A stretch of DNA of 64,000 nucleotides, from positions 775,839 to 839,838 of the forward strand of contig NMRA01000126.1 of NCBI GenBank assembly GCA_002633005.1, read 5' to 3'. The stretch's first letter is position 1, and every line of letters begins with the position of its first letter. A program made the position numbers and the translations under genes. This DNA is from Phoronis australis (Eukaryota > Animalia > Phoronida). Below are positions 26,928 to 40,759 of this stretch, piece after piece. A model generated the notes under the pieces. That model was not told the DNA's origin. It searched no databases and saw only the letters and a list, made by a program, of their open reading frames with translations.

Positions 26928-28851
26928 TTATACTCTGTTTAACGAGAATACATTATGAATATACAAAACATGCTTAGCAAGTGCTAATATGATTCAATCT
27001 ATTTACAAGATTAAAATTTTAACTAGAACAAATAAAATGAAAATGAGAGGGGACTACCACAGTTGCCAAATTACACTGAGGAACTTTATGAGGTCACGTT
27101 TGAAGCCACTTATCACATCTGGCAAGGCGTTCCATTCTTGTGCAGCCTTTATAAAAATGAAGATCCACAAAATGATGTCTTCTATTTACAGGTGTTGCCT
27201 GCTCATGACACTGGGCCTGTTCTCCATTCGTCGTCAGGGAGCGCTGCAACTGAAGAAGCCAAACACGTCGTGACCCGCCTCATTGAGGAAGTTTACGCTG
27301 ACCCAAACCGTGAACACGAACGGGAAAAACTGAAGAAAAGACTGTTCTTAAAGTGGCATCCAGATAAACATGAAAACGCTGAAATGGCCAAGGACGTAAG
27401 TAGGAAGAAGCAGTACTACAATCAGAATTGAAAGTGTAACTCATAAAGTTGCCTATACCTGGCAAACAGGCGTATCTAAAATTACATGTTTTCTGACACC
27501 ATTTCCGATCGTGACGTTCAGTTGGTGTTATTTATTCACAGCTGAAACATTCCTGGTGTGATTAATCGTCACCTTCTGTAATACTTTTCCAACTGTATGT
27601 TGTATAGTAGGCCTTTGTAATAGCAGTCCATTACTGAACACAAAATCATACGAATGTTTTGCATGGGACGGTCATTGTACTATGGTTAGCTTGGTGTATC
27701 TTGGAATTGTTGCTTTAAAGGTCTTTCAACATTTAACTGTCGAGTTCGAGCGACTGGAACGCAAATACTTAGCTTCGAAAGAAGAAGAAGAAGAAGAAAC
27801 TGAAGAGTGTGTGTATGAATGGGAAGGGGAGGTGGAGGCCATAGAGCTACAAGGTACATGTAGCTAATACGTCATCCTGATCACTTCATTATATTCTCCC
27901 AAGATGGATGTATTTGTTTATTTTTGTACTTGTTTGTTTTCATTTATTTGTTGTTTAACTCGCCCTTCACCAACTGGCCTCTGGCTAATGTTCTTGTTTA
28001 AAACACACCAGTAAAATAAATACCTCCATCATTTTCTCTGAATAATAAATCAGTCTATTTTTGTACAAGATTGCCAACTTGTACTTATTTTGTTGTAACT
28101 AAATTTGGCATAAGAAATCTCGTTTTTGGTGACTTTAGAGTTTATCGTGGCCCAAAATTCAGTCTTCGAACTTACATTCACATTTGTAATAAAAATGAAA
28201 TATTAGAAATCATTCAAATCGGAGTCAAGTTGACAAAAATGTTTGTCTTTTTGTGGAGTCCGATGGGAAATGCTAGTCTGAGCTTGAGTATGGTTTCTTA
28301 CCACCTCCTGGCGATATTCAGGGTAATACCTTTTAGAACTTTTTACAGAAAAATCTCCTGAGGAAATCGCAGAAGAAGAAGAAGCGAAAAAAGCTGCTTT
28401 AACAAGGGAACAGGAAGAGCGTAGAAAGAAAGCTGAACGTTGGGTGAGACAGTGCATGAAAGACATGGCATGTGCTCAGATCTTGCAGGAGAATGGCGGC
28501 TTTGAGTGGGCGGTACGCGCCTGCCACGAGGTGGTGCGCAAGGTGTTGATAGCCGCAATAGTTTGTCATCAGCGGCTTTCTTCAGAGTTGGAAAGATGCA
28601 AGCAGTTATCACTGCTTGCTGGAGCTATTAAGCAGTTGAAAAGTTTACCCGTTGAACTTGAAGGTGACATTACTGAGCTTAATAACTTGAAAGTTGATCC
28701 ACTGTTGGCAAGCGATCCCGCCAAGCAAGGTGACAACCACGTGATACCAGCTGACGTGTACACGGAAGAAATGACGGACAGAGCAGTAGAAGTGACAGAA
28801 CGGGTTGTTGACTATATGCTGACGTTCTTGGGCTTCCAGGATGTGGGATGA
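19808..28851 (+). CDS. Sacsin-like protein (single HSP90-like SRR + DnaJ J-domain + HEPN), ~1,919 aa
   Basis: Exons 19808-19864, 20616-25146, 25484-25815, 27192-27395, 27721-27853, 28349-28851 (GT-AG, phases 0/1/0/0/1). Sacsin motifs FGQHEP, KELVQNADD, YNNKPFS, GQFGIGFNVVY, TMFRLPLR and TGLPVHVNGHF; J-domain LFLKWHPDKH; C-terminal HEPN-like AERWVRQ...FEWAVRAC...IPADVYT. The small first exon is the least certain. Confidence 0.9.
26871..27160 (-). mobile_element. 5'-truncated LINE 3' end with (TAA)n tail in sacsin-like intron
   Basis: Minus strand encodes FIKAAQEWNALPDVISGFKRDLIKFL (LINE ORF2 C-terminal WNxLP motif), followed by a 3'UTR and a (TAA)n tail seen as (TTA)n at 26871-26926. Confidence 0.65.
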
Positions 28852-31619
28852 CGGTGCGATCCAGTTGTTTGCAGACAGTCTCGTATCTCATCAAGGAAGA
28901 AGTCATTTAAAAAGTATCTATCCACTCGTAATTCTCAAATTAAGCAGAGGTGTTTCGCCAACCTGAAACGTCACGATTCGATGTCAGTTATTCCTGCTAA
29001 GCAAAGAGTGCGTAGAGTGAAGACTCTTCACATCACGCACACTATAATAGTACAACAGACTCTTACTACGCTGATCAGCAGGGCAGGCTCCATCAAGCGA
29101 ATTAACACCACACGTATGGTGAAAACGACCAGGGCGAGGAAGACCAATGAAAAGCTAGAAGAAGTCTCTAAAACAACACATGGTGACATGTTGACACACC
29201 ACGTCACACCGGCACTGAAAAATTAGGGATTCAAAAATTGATCAAATTTGATCTTTAGCACCTTTAATAATGCATCTTATGAGAAAGGCTCACGTGAGGA
29301 CGAGATTCTTAGCATGCAACTGGAATTTGCTGTCAAAAACTTGTTTCGATTAATTGTACATATAATGTACAAATATTGTGTTTAAGGGTGAATATAGTTA
29401 TTAAAAGACCTTAGGCTAGTGCTACACGTAACAATCGCAGTGCGTTTGGAAGTGTGAAGTGCAAGGCACTTTATATGACTATACAATAGCAGACGAAGCG
29501 GTTGCGCTGAAATTAATATATGAAACCGAGACACTCCGGCGATTTATTACACCCTCTAAAATTCAACGAAACTCAATTACAAAACAAGTACGGGGACACC
29601 TACAAAGGCATTCGTATCGTCACTATTTGTAATTTAGCATAACTCCATCTTGCATCAGTTATTGTGTTTAGAAAAGAAGTCAAGTAAACCATCAGCAACT
29701 AGTCTCACATCGCTGTTAGTTCCGTCTGCAGACAAACGTTGACCTACGACGAGGAACTAATCCACCAACGGTATCCTGACAAATTAGATTTTAGTCTAAT
29801 TTGTCATGATACCTTTCTTAAAAGAACGCTACCTGTAACGAAGAAAATGAAAGGGTTAAGATAAACTGCATACCTTAGTCACCCAGTGACCAAGTCATAA
29901 AATAGTATGGAACATATTTTTCAAATTTTTAGCGATTACAGTATTAAGTGCATGAAATTATCCCTTATTTTTTAGTCAGGTTACTCGTTTTCTTACATAC
30001 ATGTATCGTGATTTTTCGGAGAAGCATTCCACAGATAAAATTCTGACGATTTTTTATGTAGCGTGTCTGAGGTGTAATTGAGTAATTATCGACTCTTGAA
30101 AAGGCTTCGAACTCAGATATCAAAAATAAAAAGGTCCAATTTTTAAGTTTTGCGAGTAGAATACATATCGTAATTTGGCCTCAGTTATTGAATCCAGGCA
30201 TCTTTTATAGTTGCATTCCAAGGTTAATTATACGGACATATTTTTGAAACTTGAAACAAAACCAAAATGTTAGCGGCATTTCACATCAAATTAAATAGAA
30301 AAAAATTGCTAACAACTTTCTGCTCCTTATTTCAAAATCTACAATTAGGCAAAGTTAGAAAAACGGTCCACAATGCCTTTCAGGTTGTGTTGTAAAATTC
30401 GAATCCTGCTCTGAGATCCAAAATAAAGCTTTGTGGCAAAAATCTGTGAAAGATAGAGCGTCTTCGACCAGTTCAATATTATGCCGTTTTCTAGGTTCAA
30501 TTGGACAATTGTGATCGAAAATCGTGATTAGAAGCCAACACCTTATGACATCTTAGACCCTCCAATATCTAGGTTTGATATTTAGCACTAAAACTGTCAT
30601 ATTCAACTGCTTACCATCAGAGATAAAAAAATGCATGTTGACGAGAGCAGACTGTCTTCAATAACGGAAGGCCCTCGTAAGCACGCATTGTAAGGGATCG
30701 TTCACACATTACGCCATCACTCGAGGGGGAGGGGCTTTGGGAAATATGACGATTTATGACAGCTGGAGAGGTTTAGACTCATGGTGACGTCATCATGTGG
30801 TTTATTAGAATATCACAGTACATACCGTTGGGAAACTGGTTCGCCTTCTAGCAGAATTAACTAATTCCAAAACGGGACTCATCGTTTCACGCTTCCAAGA
30901 TTTGATAACAAGGCTTGCCTTATAAACATGTTAACGAACGACAGTCCCTCTCCATCACTGCCTACCACTGATAAACATCACTGTGTCGAAGAGCATGAGG
31001 GCATGATCAGGACACCCAGCGACACGCGTAGTCATGTTTTGCAGGGAATGGTATTTACATTGTGAGCTTGTTACGTACGTATGCAGTGTTGCGACAGATT
31101 TTTTCATTATTACTTACGTGTGCCAGAGTTGTTTTACTATGCTTTCATACTATACCTCCAGTTTCATCGTTCAATCTCAAGTTTTGCTCTCCAAACTGCC
31201 GATTCCGTGGAAACTGGCCACAGAGTAATAGAAGTCGATAGTGCTGCCGGTCAATTATAATTAAAAGAGCAACGCGGAGCGTTGAAATGCATCCAGTACC
31301 GAATCTCAAGAGTTGTTCTTCAAGGGGTGCTTTTACTATCACAAAAAATGACCATTACATGGCGCTAATAGGTCGAACCAGTCCGAAATTGGGAAGCGTC
31401 CTCTCTCTATTACAAAACTATTTGCCAAAAGCCATGAAAATAAACTAAGGGACTCCAAACATACGAAGGCAAACGTACTAAAGCTGCCACTACGGAGCCA
31501 GCTGCGGTAGTCAGAGTCGTCCAAAAAGTCGTGAGCAGTCATTTATTTGACTCATAGCCATGGTCGCAAAAATATATAACCGCCACAGTCGTCAGACCCG
31601 TTCGAAAATCAGCGTCAAC

Positions 31620-34064
31620 CAGTGGCGGATCTACGTTTTCAGCAAGGGGGGGTTTAGGATTCCCGCCAAGGTCGAATCCTAGGCGCGTGGCGCCGAGCAG
31701 GGGGAGGTCGGGAGGGGGTTTCCCCTCCCGTGTAAGATATTTTTTTGTTTTTGTAGCCAGATAGTGAAATTTCCATACATCCTGGTAAGTTTCCGGCACT
31801 TAACATGTCTCTGGATTTTTTCTTAAGATAATCAAAAACCTTTCTCTATTTCGTCACATGAACTTGGCACATAAGTTTCGTGAAACCATATTGTGCACAT
31901 CTGTGTATGAGTCACGCCACCAGCAAAAATTTTTGTTGGAACATCTGCTTACACTCACCTTTTTTAGCATACGAAAAGTCGTATACGAAAAAGTGTGGTG
32001 TGTTTACAGGGGGTTTAGACAATTTCCAAATATTCAAGAGCATAATTAAGCACCGACGAGGCGTAAAAACTTGAATATCAGATGATCGCGTAACAGCAGC
32101 CTCAAGTTGTTTAAGAACGAAGACCTGTATTGTTAGTCCGGAAATAAACATGTGGTATGTCTCGTTAGGAGAAAAACTGGCGAACGATGGTGCTCTCACC
32201 TCATAGTCTATTATTAAAAGCGACAATAAATAATTAGGTATCACTGTATTAAGCTGAATCACGTTGACAACACTTGAAAAACGTCAAATCTATCAGGAAA
32301 CAAATCATCTGAAAACAGTTTCACGAAACCAAAACATCCTGTGCACGGTGGTGAAAAGATACACTGGAATAGTTTGCAGAGGGTCCAGATGTACACTGAG
32401 AATACACAAAAAGCTGACCTGGTCCGTCACGAGACCACTAGAGTACACCTGTGCTTATTATTCCTATAAAAATAGTCGATCTGTCGCGGGACCAAACAGT
32501 GCTGGCTGAGATAAATAGCTTTATAAAGCACACTTTGGTAAAAAAAATCACAAGACTAGTTCGCCGAGTGACCACAAGTACACTGAAACTCAACATCTAC
32601 ACAAATCAAGCTGGCCTGGTCCGTCGCGAGACCTAAAGTGTACTATGCAAAACATTTTGAATTGAAAACTTCTCTCTAAAATTTTAATCCCCAGTGGTTA
32701 CTCATACGTTAGTCCTAAGTATCCTTCTGTTGTCTAGACTGCCGAGGAATTTGTATATCGGATCCAATGATTTGCTCGTCTTGGAACCATTCCACCCAGA
32801 TATCTTCGATGTTTGTTCCCAACGCTTGCACTTCGTCAACTGCTGTGTCAATGAGCTTGTAAGCCTCTACAATGTCAGCATCTCGTTTCGCAGCTCAGTT
32901 GACACTAAGAACCTTGAGGTTGCCAAGTCCATTCAAAAGACTTACATGCGCAACTAAATTTGATCCGTTCATCATGGACTACTTCAAACCTTGACGAAGC
33001 ATACAAGGACCTATTTGCATCTCTTGCAATTTTCGAAATAAACGTAGCAATGTCTGAACGTTTGAAACCCGAAGTACTAATATCAAATAAATGCCCATGG
33101 GCATGAGCGTTTCATCGGGTGAGCCTTTCTGCGGAAATTCCCAGTATAGAAGACGGCAGTGTACTTATTGCAGGTAGACAGACGGTAGGTGTTGAGGTCG
33201 GAACTAGGGCTCCTTAGGAGGCCTATTGAACATCGCACGAGTCCCGCAAGACTTTGTTGTGAAAGAACAGCCTCCCCGCAATTTCTGATGCTGTTCACTT
33301 TTCGCGAATGCGGTCACTTTCTCAACGTGAGTGCCCCCTTGGTCATTCCTTGTATAGACATAACTTGTTATAGAGTGTGTCTTCAAACGGACTCGCGACC
33401 AGACCACGGCGCCCGCGACAATAGCAATTCTTCGGAAAAAGATATTTTTTTCAAAAATATTACATGTACATGTACACAATATTACATGTACATGTACACT
33501 GTATGATATTGCGCAAGACAACTTTACTACACATCAGTTACAAACGTGTGGAGTGTAATAGAATGACACGGCATGACAGCTGAGGTGAAAACGTTGCACG
33601 TCAATTCCCCTGAATATCAGGGTTGCGGCACCGCAGTATTTCCCCTAATCAAATCAAAATATATCTTAGAGTAAAGAAGCTAGTTACCTAAAGAAATCAG
33701 CTATAGAACGGCTCTTTCAGCGGTGAATCCATATAAAATGCTTGGCTACTTCAAAAGTGTCGACGGAAGCGCGGGCACAATAAATCCCGCGCGTTTTGCC
33801 GATGAGCCACAAAGACTCAGCAATTCACAATGCCAAAAACTATATTTTCAGAGTGAACCCCCCTCAATTTTTTCCAAGTTGGTTTACTTGGGGTTTACAC
33901 ACGCTGGCGGTGCCGTTTTTGTTTCGCTGGAGACGCTTTTGTTTTTTTTTAATTTTTGGGTCCTGGCCCGAGGGGGGTTTAAACCCNTTGTTTTTTTTTT
34001 AATTTTTGGGTCCTGGCCCGAGGGGGGTTTAAACCCCCTGAACTCCCCGGTAGATCCGCCACTG
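31620..34064 (-). mobile_element. Degenerate hAT DNA transposon with 15-bp TIRs and 5-bp TSD
   Basis: Perfect TIRs CAGTGGCGGATCTAC / GTAGATCCGCCACTG; TSD TCAAC at 31615-31619 and 34065-34069. Minus strand ~32720-32965 encodes ..LSVN*AAKRDADIVEAYKLIDTAVDEVQALGTNIEDIWVEWFQ..IQIPRQS, resembling THAP12/PRKRIR-type hAT transposases. Confidence 0.85.
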
Positions 34065-37000
34065 TCAACAATGGTCTGCTCATTAGGAACATGACTGCTA
34101 AGTTAAATAATGATCCTTCGAGCAATTTGTAGGATAAAGAGGCGGACGACTTGAAATAGTTAAAATGACCAGGGTGGCACAGAATATGCCTAATCTGCCT
34201 GACAAGGAATAGGAATTGTTGTCTCCTGAATAGAAAACTATTTGCCAAATTTCATGAAAATCGACTCATAACTCAACGAACAGAGGCAAACATAAAAAAA
34301 CCCATAAAATTGCCACGCACTATGGGGGGGGGGGGGGGGGGNTGGTCTGAAACTCGTCGCCATGTGCTGTCATCTCCATAGGAACATTTCTGTCAAATTT
34401 CAAAAAGATCCCCCAAAGAGTTAAGGAGAGACAGCAGTGGATGGCCCGAAATTCGTAGTCGTTTGCTTTATACACATCAGCCAAATCTCATTAAGATCCT
34501 GCAAGGCATTAAGATACAGCAGCGGACGGCCATATACATCCACATATGAATATGTGGGCTCGTAAAGAAGCCGCCCTTATTAAGACATTTTATTTTCCCC
34601 GCTTTATCCTAACTCCTCTGACGTAGTTAGGAACAGCGTATGAAAATATTCATTATTTTGATCTGATAGATTAAATGGCGTACTTTATTTCACTGCTGAA
34701 CAATACAGCGGATAATGCAACTTACAATTATAAAGCGACATTAGTTTGTCATTAGAATCATAAAGATAGAATCTTCAACAAACTGTCAGTTCTTCTGAAA
34801 ACGTACAAGGGTGAGGGGGTGGCTGTGACAACTAGAGGCTGGATGAGAGGGGGGGTATGATGACGGAGGGGGGCATGTGGAGGCTCTACTTGCGCTAAAT
34901 GGACAACTGCTGGGAGGCTATACCCCACAGGCGCCGTCTACATGAAACTTGCCTCATTAGTGATACCAGGGAGGCCTTAATGATGAAATGTAATGTGAAC
35001 AATTACTCTACAGGACTTAATAATCTGAAACAGGTAACTCCCCTTGGGCGTAATAAACAACGCGGTATGACGTGGTCTGTCTGAGAAGCATCTTAACCAT
35101 TTTCCTCTGTTCGTTGGTTCGATTGCGGTACTTAACGCTTGGGAAAGGAAGAGCGATGCATTTCAGTATGAAGACGGGTGTGAGATTATGGTTTATTTTA
35201 GGCTGGTCAATGGCGCTAGAGTCCGGACAAACGACAGCTGTTCAGGTACACAATCAGGTGGCTATGAATGACTCACGGAGGAGCGACCAGGGCGTTACAG
35301 GCACGGGACTATACGTCCCAATAATTCATAGGTCCAGGCTTTGAGCAAAATACTTCTTATATTTTAGGAATTGGAACGTCCCTAGGATGGTTCTATTTTC
35401 TGACACCGCCAACCGCGTTCTCACTAACAGCGACTATTCACATGAAAGTAATTATTTTTGTTAGGAACTGCTCACTTCATCTCGCACAATGTATGCATTT
35501 TGTGAAACATAATTCATAAATCACAACTAAACGCCGCTGTAGTATATAAAAAGCCGCTGAAACTTTAAGGATAAATCTTTTGTCGGAGTCCAAATTAATG
35601 AGAGAGTTACTCCTGCCAAAAGAAATACGTTTATGAGAAAAGAATTATAGCTCAAAAGATCGTTGATAATGAGAACGCCCGTGCAGCAAATGAAGAAGTA
35701 GTGAGAAACCTTTACTCTCAGTCCTCGGACTCACCGAGGCCACTCGATCGTTAGAAAGATAGTGACTTCAGAAAGTCTAGGCGAAAAATGAAAATATTCT
35801 ATATTTGAAGAACGTTTTATATAACTATAACTTAATGGAAAATCTGTAACAAGTGTTGATACAAATTTTGTCTTGACCTTCTCATATTTGCAATACTTTC
35901 AGGGCAGGATTAAGTAATGCCCCAAAGCGATATGTGATGTTCCGTAGTCAGTTGTCGATCATGTCCATCGTATATTTGTTCATCGTAATGGAGCAGCTTC
36001 AACCACATCTTTCGAAAGAAAATGTTCATATTAGCAATAAAATTGGTATGTGGGCGGCGTTTTGGTCGTGCACGGAGGGGCAAGGTGGGTGCTGGCCAAC
36101 CTTGGCGTCTATTGGTTACAAGTTATTGCAGTCGAAAATTGAGATTTTAACTGTTAAAACAGTTCGATGCAAGTTTTTTCCTATGGTTCTCTTATTAATT
36201 GATGTTTTTGGTATCAGTTTCCAAGTCGCTTTCATAGGGAACGATTTTTCGGTCTTAGCAATACGGACATGGATAATCTTCCAACATAACGACTGGGTTA
36301 GGAAAAAGCGTTATAGGATCTCAATTTGCAGATCCCATTGGAAACTACGTTTGACGGCTTCTTAAAAATATACTTTGGCCAATCACGGTTTCGGGTTGTG
36401 ACACATGTGACCGGGTGCATGAAGCACTTCCTATAGGTATTTATCTATGTTCCCGCTAAATTCGCAGAATTTTTGTAGACTTTTTACCAATTAATGGTAC
36501 ATTTTCACATCACCTTATCTTTAATGTGAACTCCTCTTTTACTTATGACATTTCTCTTATTAATATACTTGAAAATCAAATCTTTATTACACCGAAAATA
36601 TATAGGGACCACGTCCGTCCTTAACCTGGGTTCCTTGCACGAAAAGGCCATACCTATTTAATGTCCATAATATTAAGAGCTTAATGTGTATTTCACTCTC
36701 TGTATGTATCAAAACTTGACGTAACAATGAAGATAAAATACCAGAAAAGTTCAGTCAGTGTTTGCATAAAGTCCACAAATGCGCAGAAAAGTTAGAGAAC
36801 ATATAGGAGTCTATATTAGGACCGTTTTATGTCACCGGACACGGGAACCGAAAGGATAAGAGACGCCACGTTGTTTACTCAAGAAAGCATGTTATGTCCG
36901 CAAAGACATAAAACACCCTTTTTTCTCCTATAGATTCAGGATCAAACGACTTCTTCAAACGTGATGACCGAACAAAAGAAATCGAAACTCGCACAGCCGT

Positions 37001-38070
37001 TCTTTCGTGCAGTCTGCCCTAGTGTTTCCAACTTTCAGTTGGTACAGTTTGCCTTTAGCAGCGATTTACAAAAGGTAGAATTGGTACCTAACTCCTGGTT
37101 TTGGGCAACAACCTGCCTGAAGCCTCAGCATTCGTGTCGCGACATTGGTAAGTTGCTTTAACTTTATAATTTCAAGGGGCAGGTGCTTTCAATGAAAGCA
37201 GTTTCTTGCGAGACTGAAGTGATCGCTTTAGAGAGTGTTTTAATTGATTTGAGTGCGTTTTTGCAGCAGTGGCGCGATTTTAATAGTGACAGGCACAAAG
37301 TTTAAAGTTAAAAAAAATTTGATTTATACTAATAACGGTTATGAAAACTAATTCGTGATTATTGTTCGAGAATGCAAGGACAAGCGGTTTTGGTGATTTT
37401 TTGTACCCGAATAAAAGATCGTGATTCGTTTCGACGTAAAAGATACAAGATGTCTTTAATTTGAAATTGATCCGCCTTTCTACAAACTCGCGTCCAGCTC
37501 CTCGGGTGCGCAAAATTAATGAAAGTCTTCCCCATGCCCACCCATTTTAAAGTAGAAAACCGAACCTTTTCTCCCTGGCCAACAACATTCGTGCAAATTA
37601 AGTTCAATTATGTACGAAGTCGCATTTTGAAGTTTTGCATTTCTTTGTTTTCCGCTGATGCCACGTGCCGCACACTTTCCAGTCCTGCCAGACCAACATG
37701 AGCACATGACTTTGATGTTCAATTTGAATCCTGCTTTAAGAGCAGCCTACCTAATGTTCCGAAACACGTTGCACCTCACTTGCCAGCATGTAAAATGGCA
37801 GTGATTGATTAACTAAACCGATGTTTCTATGGTATTAAGAAATACTCGCCATGTATTTATTCAATAACCCACGGTACATTTTTATCCCACATGCGTTGAA
37901 TCTGTACAGTGCTATACGACCACGTAATAACGTTTTCCGTATTCACCTCCCGCACTACTTCAACATGGAAAGTTCAAAAGGTACGTCTAATTTGTCGACT
38001 CGACGTCGCTAGCCGGTTCGATCATCAAACTTTCCGAATATAGTTTAAAGTAATACAGTTGCAGTAGCAG

Positions 38071-39414
38071 AAATAACACTCAACATGTAATCAGGCCCTA
38101 AACGTAACATCTGGTACAAAGCTGTTAATCATATGACATTTCTGTCTCTTGCTAAATATTATATCGTCTGCAACTCAGTCGCAGATTCCTCGGTAATTAC
38201 AATATCAAATATTGTTCTTATTTAGCTATTTTCATGAGGTGTTACAAGTTAAGTGCACAGTTACCGATGTTTTCATCTTTGTTATCTCTTTTCAAGTAAT
38301 AAATCGATACATTTAAAACACAGTTTCTTTTACTAGAGAAAACTTGCAGCCTGACGCGCAAGTATATATAGGATGTTATCCGCCATGTGAACAGTCTGAG
38401 TGAAGTATTTGATAAAAATCTGCTTAAAAAATCAAAGAAACTTAGGAATTCGAGGTGTATGGGATAAATACAAAACGTATCTCTACTGGTGTAGATTAAT
38501 ATCCCACGAGACACTATTCCGCGCATCGACCAAGACCGAATAATGTCTCGTGGGATATTATTTCATCTACGCCACTCTCGGTACGTTTTGTGTATATCTC
38601 GTCAGTACACTCCGATATTTCGTCGAATGTCAATGTATGTATCGGAATTTATCCTATACGCGTGATAGTATGAGCATGAAATACGGGTCGTATTGTGTGG
38701 TGTGATGTAGAAGAACTACTTTTCTGTCTTTAAATGAGCATCCAATACGGATTTTTGGTCTTTAATGAGCATCCAATACGGATTTTTCGTATTCAATGCG
38801 CGTTGAATACGAAAATGCAAAAACATCAGAAATGGAGGCAAACTTTACCTTAGAAATAGATTTCAGCTAAAACTCTGACGAAAATACTGAAGATAAAAGA
38901 TATGCACCCCAAGTCTGTAGCTAATATAAATACACAAAACGTACCGAGACTGGCGTAGATGACTTTTCCACGAGACATTATTCCGCGTATCGACCGACAC
39001 CGAATGTATTTATCCAATACGCTTCGAATTCCTAAGTTTCTTTCAATTTTCGGCAGATTTTTTAAAAGCTTCGCTCAGACTGTACACGTGGCGTATCACA
39101 TCCTATATGTATGTACTTGCGCGTTAGGTTGAAAGTTTTCTCCAGTAAACGAAACAGTGTTTTAGATGTAACAATTTATTACTTGAAAAGCGATAAAAAA
39201 AGATTAGAAAAGCGGTAACTGTGCATTGAATTTGTAACATCTCCTGAACATAGTTAAAATAACAACATTTGACATTGTAGTTACCGAGGAATCGGCGCCT
39301 GAGTTGCAGACGATATATTCAGCAAATGAAATGACTGAGACAGAACCGCCATATAGTTAACAGCCCTATTCCAGATGTTACGGTTGGGACCTGATTGCAT
39401 GTTGAGTGTTATTT
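38071..39414. mobile_element. Foldback-type element with ~400-bp imperfect inverted arms
   Basis: 38071-38472 (AAATAACACTCAACATG...GGATAAATACA) is the diverged reverse complement of 39005-39414. The centre contains further short direct and inverted repeats; no ORF. Confidence 0.85.
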
Positions 39415-40759
39415 ACACTGCTCCAAATTCATTACTTATATTATTTTCGGAAAGTGGTGATCGAACCGGCATTGGCCTACCTTTTGAGCTTTCCATGTCA
39501 GAGGTCACTGTTGAAGTAGTGCGGAGGTGAATACAGAAAATTTTATTACATGGCCGTATTTCCCTCGACAGATTCAACGCGTATGGGATAAAATACAATT
39601 TGAACTGCGGTGTCATGCAGGCTGCAAAAATTCATTCATAAAAATATTGTGTGTTCGTGTAGGCTTACGTGTCACACGACCTGCGATCACCATTGATAAA
39701 AAATGACTAAACGACACAAAGCAAGCGGGGCAATCTGTGTAAACCTGTTTCTTTAAAGTATCCTCATCGGGGCGCGTAGGATAAATATACGTACGTGTTT
39801 TAAAGCTAGAGGGGTTGCTCGCAGAACATGGCGAAATCTCGCGTTTTCGCTAGGTTCAGGCTGTTACAGAACGCTACCCAGATGTTTACCCAGTTTAAAA
39901 TAAAGAGCCGTCACTGAACACGAGGTGGATAATTAGATAACACAGGAAAACTTGGCTCTGAACTAATGTCCAGGGGATGTGTATTGTTGTGGGTAGCGTT
40001 TCGAGTTCGGTGATCCACAAGCATAATTGCGCAATTAAATCCCACCAGGGAAATGTTGCTGACGGTTTCTCATATTAAATATGTTCAAGCGTCACCGGTC
40101 AAAATAGGCTTTAGGTTTTGGTTCAATGTTCTCATAGAGTTCGCGCTGAAAACAATCCCAATGTAGGTAAATGTAGACTCATCGACTTAATCTTAGAACT
40201 GGTTTTTGCATGCAACACATGCGCATTATTTTTATAAAGTATATTCATTGTTTCCGCCATTTGAGCTATATTAGCACTACGGCACAAGTATATGACAATC
40301 CACGATGTTAAGCCACATTATTTTTGTCTTAAAGGCACTAATACCGCTTCAAGTTGCAAACAGAAGCAGTCCTGGGTCCAAACAATGGCACGTGCCACTC
40401 AACGAGAGTCATGGCAATGGCACTGGATCGCCGTTAACTCTTCCTGCAACTGCGGCGTCTCACCCGCCTACGCTGACGTAATTAAGAAGGATGTTGCATC
40501 TTCACTCTTCAACCATGTAAGAAACCCAATGCCCATCAAGCGAGGAAATGGCCACAGTGGATAGACCACATGCTCACACGTGAAATTATAATTAGTGTTG
40601 CACACAAAACTGTTGAATTTGAAACTGGCCAAGTAAAGCTACCCGTTTAGGTTTCTTTGATCTTGCGCACATCTCAACTTTACCCAGTTTTCTGTCGTGA
40701 AAGTAAAGACAGCATCAAGCTGACTGTGGACTTCTTCTGTAGGTTTGGTTGGCTCATCT

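Noticed and set aside
26719-26958. Poly-Leu ORF
   Set aside because: Translation of the (TTA)n tail of a LINE fragment.
33938-34038. Exact ~50-bp direct duplication
   Set aside because: The copies are separated by an N next to G/T homopolymers, so this is probably an assembly-gap artefact, like the other single Ns at poly-G runs.
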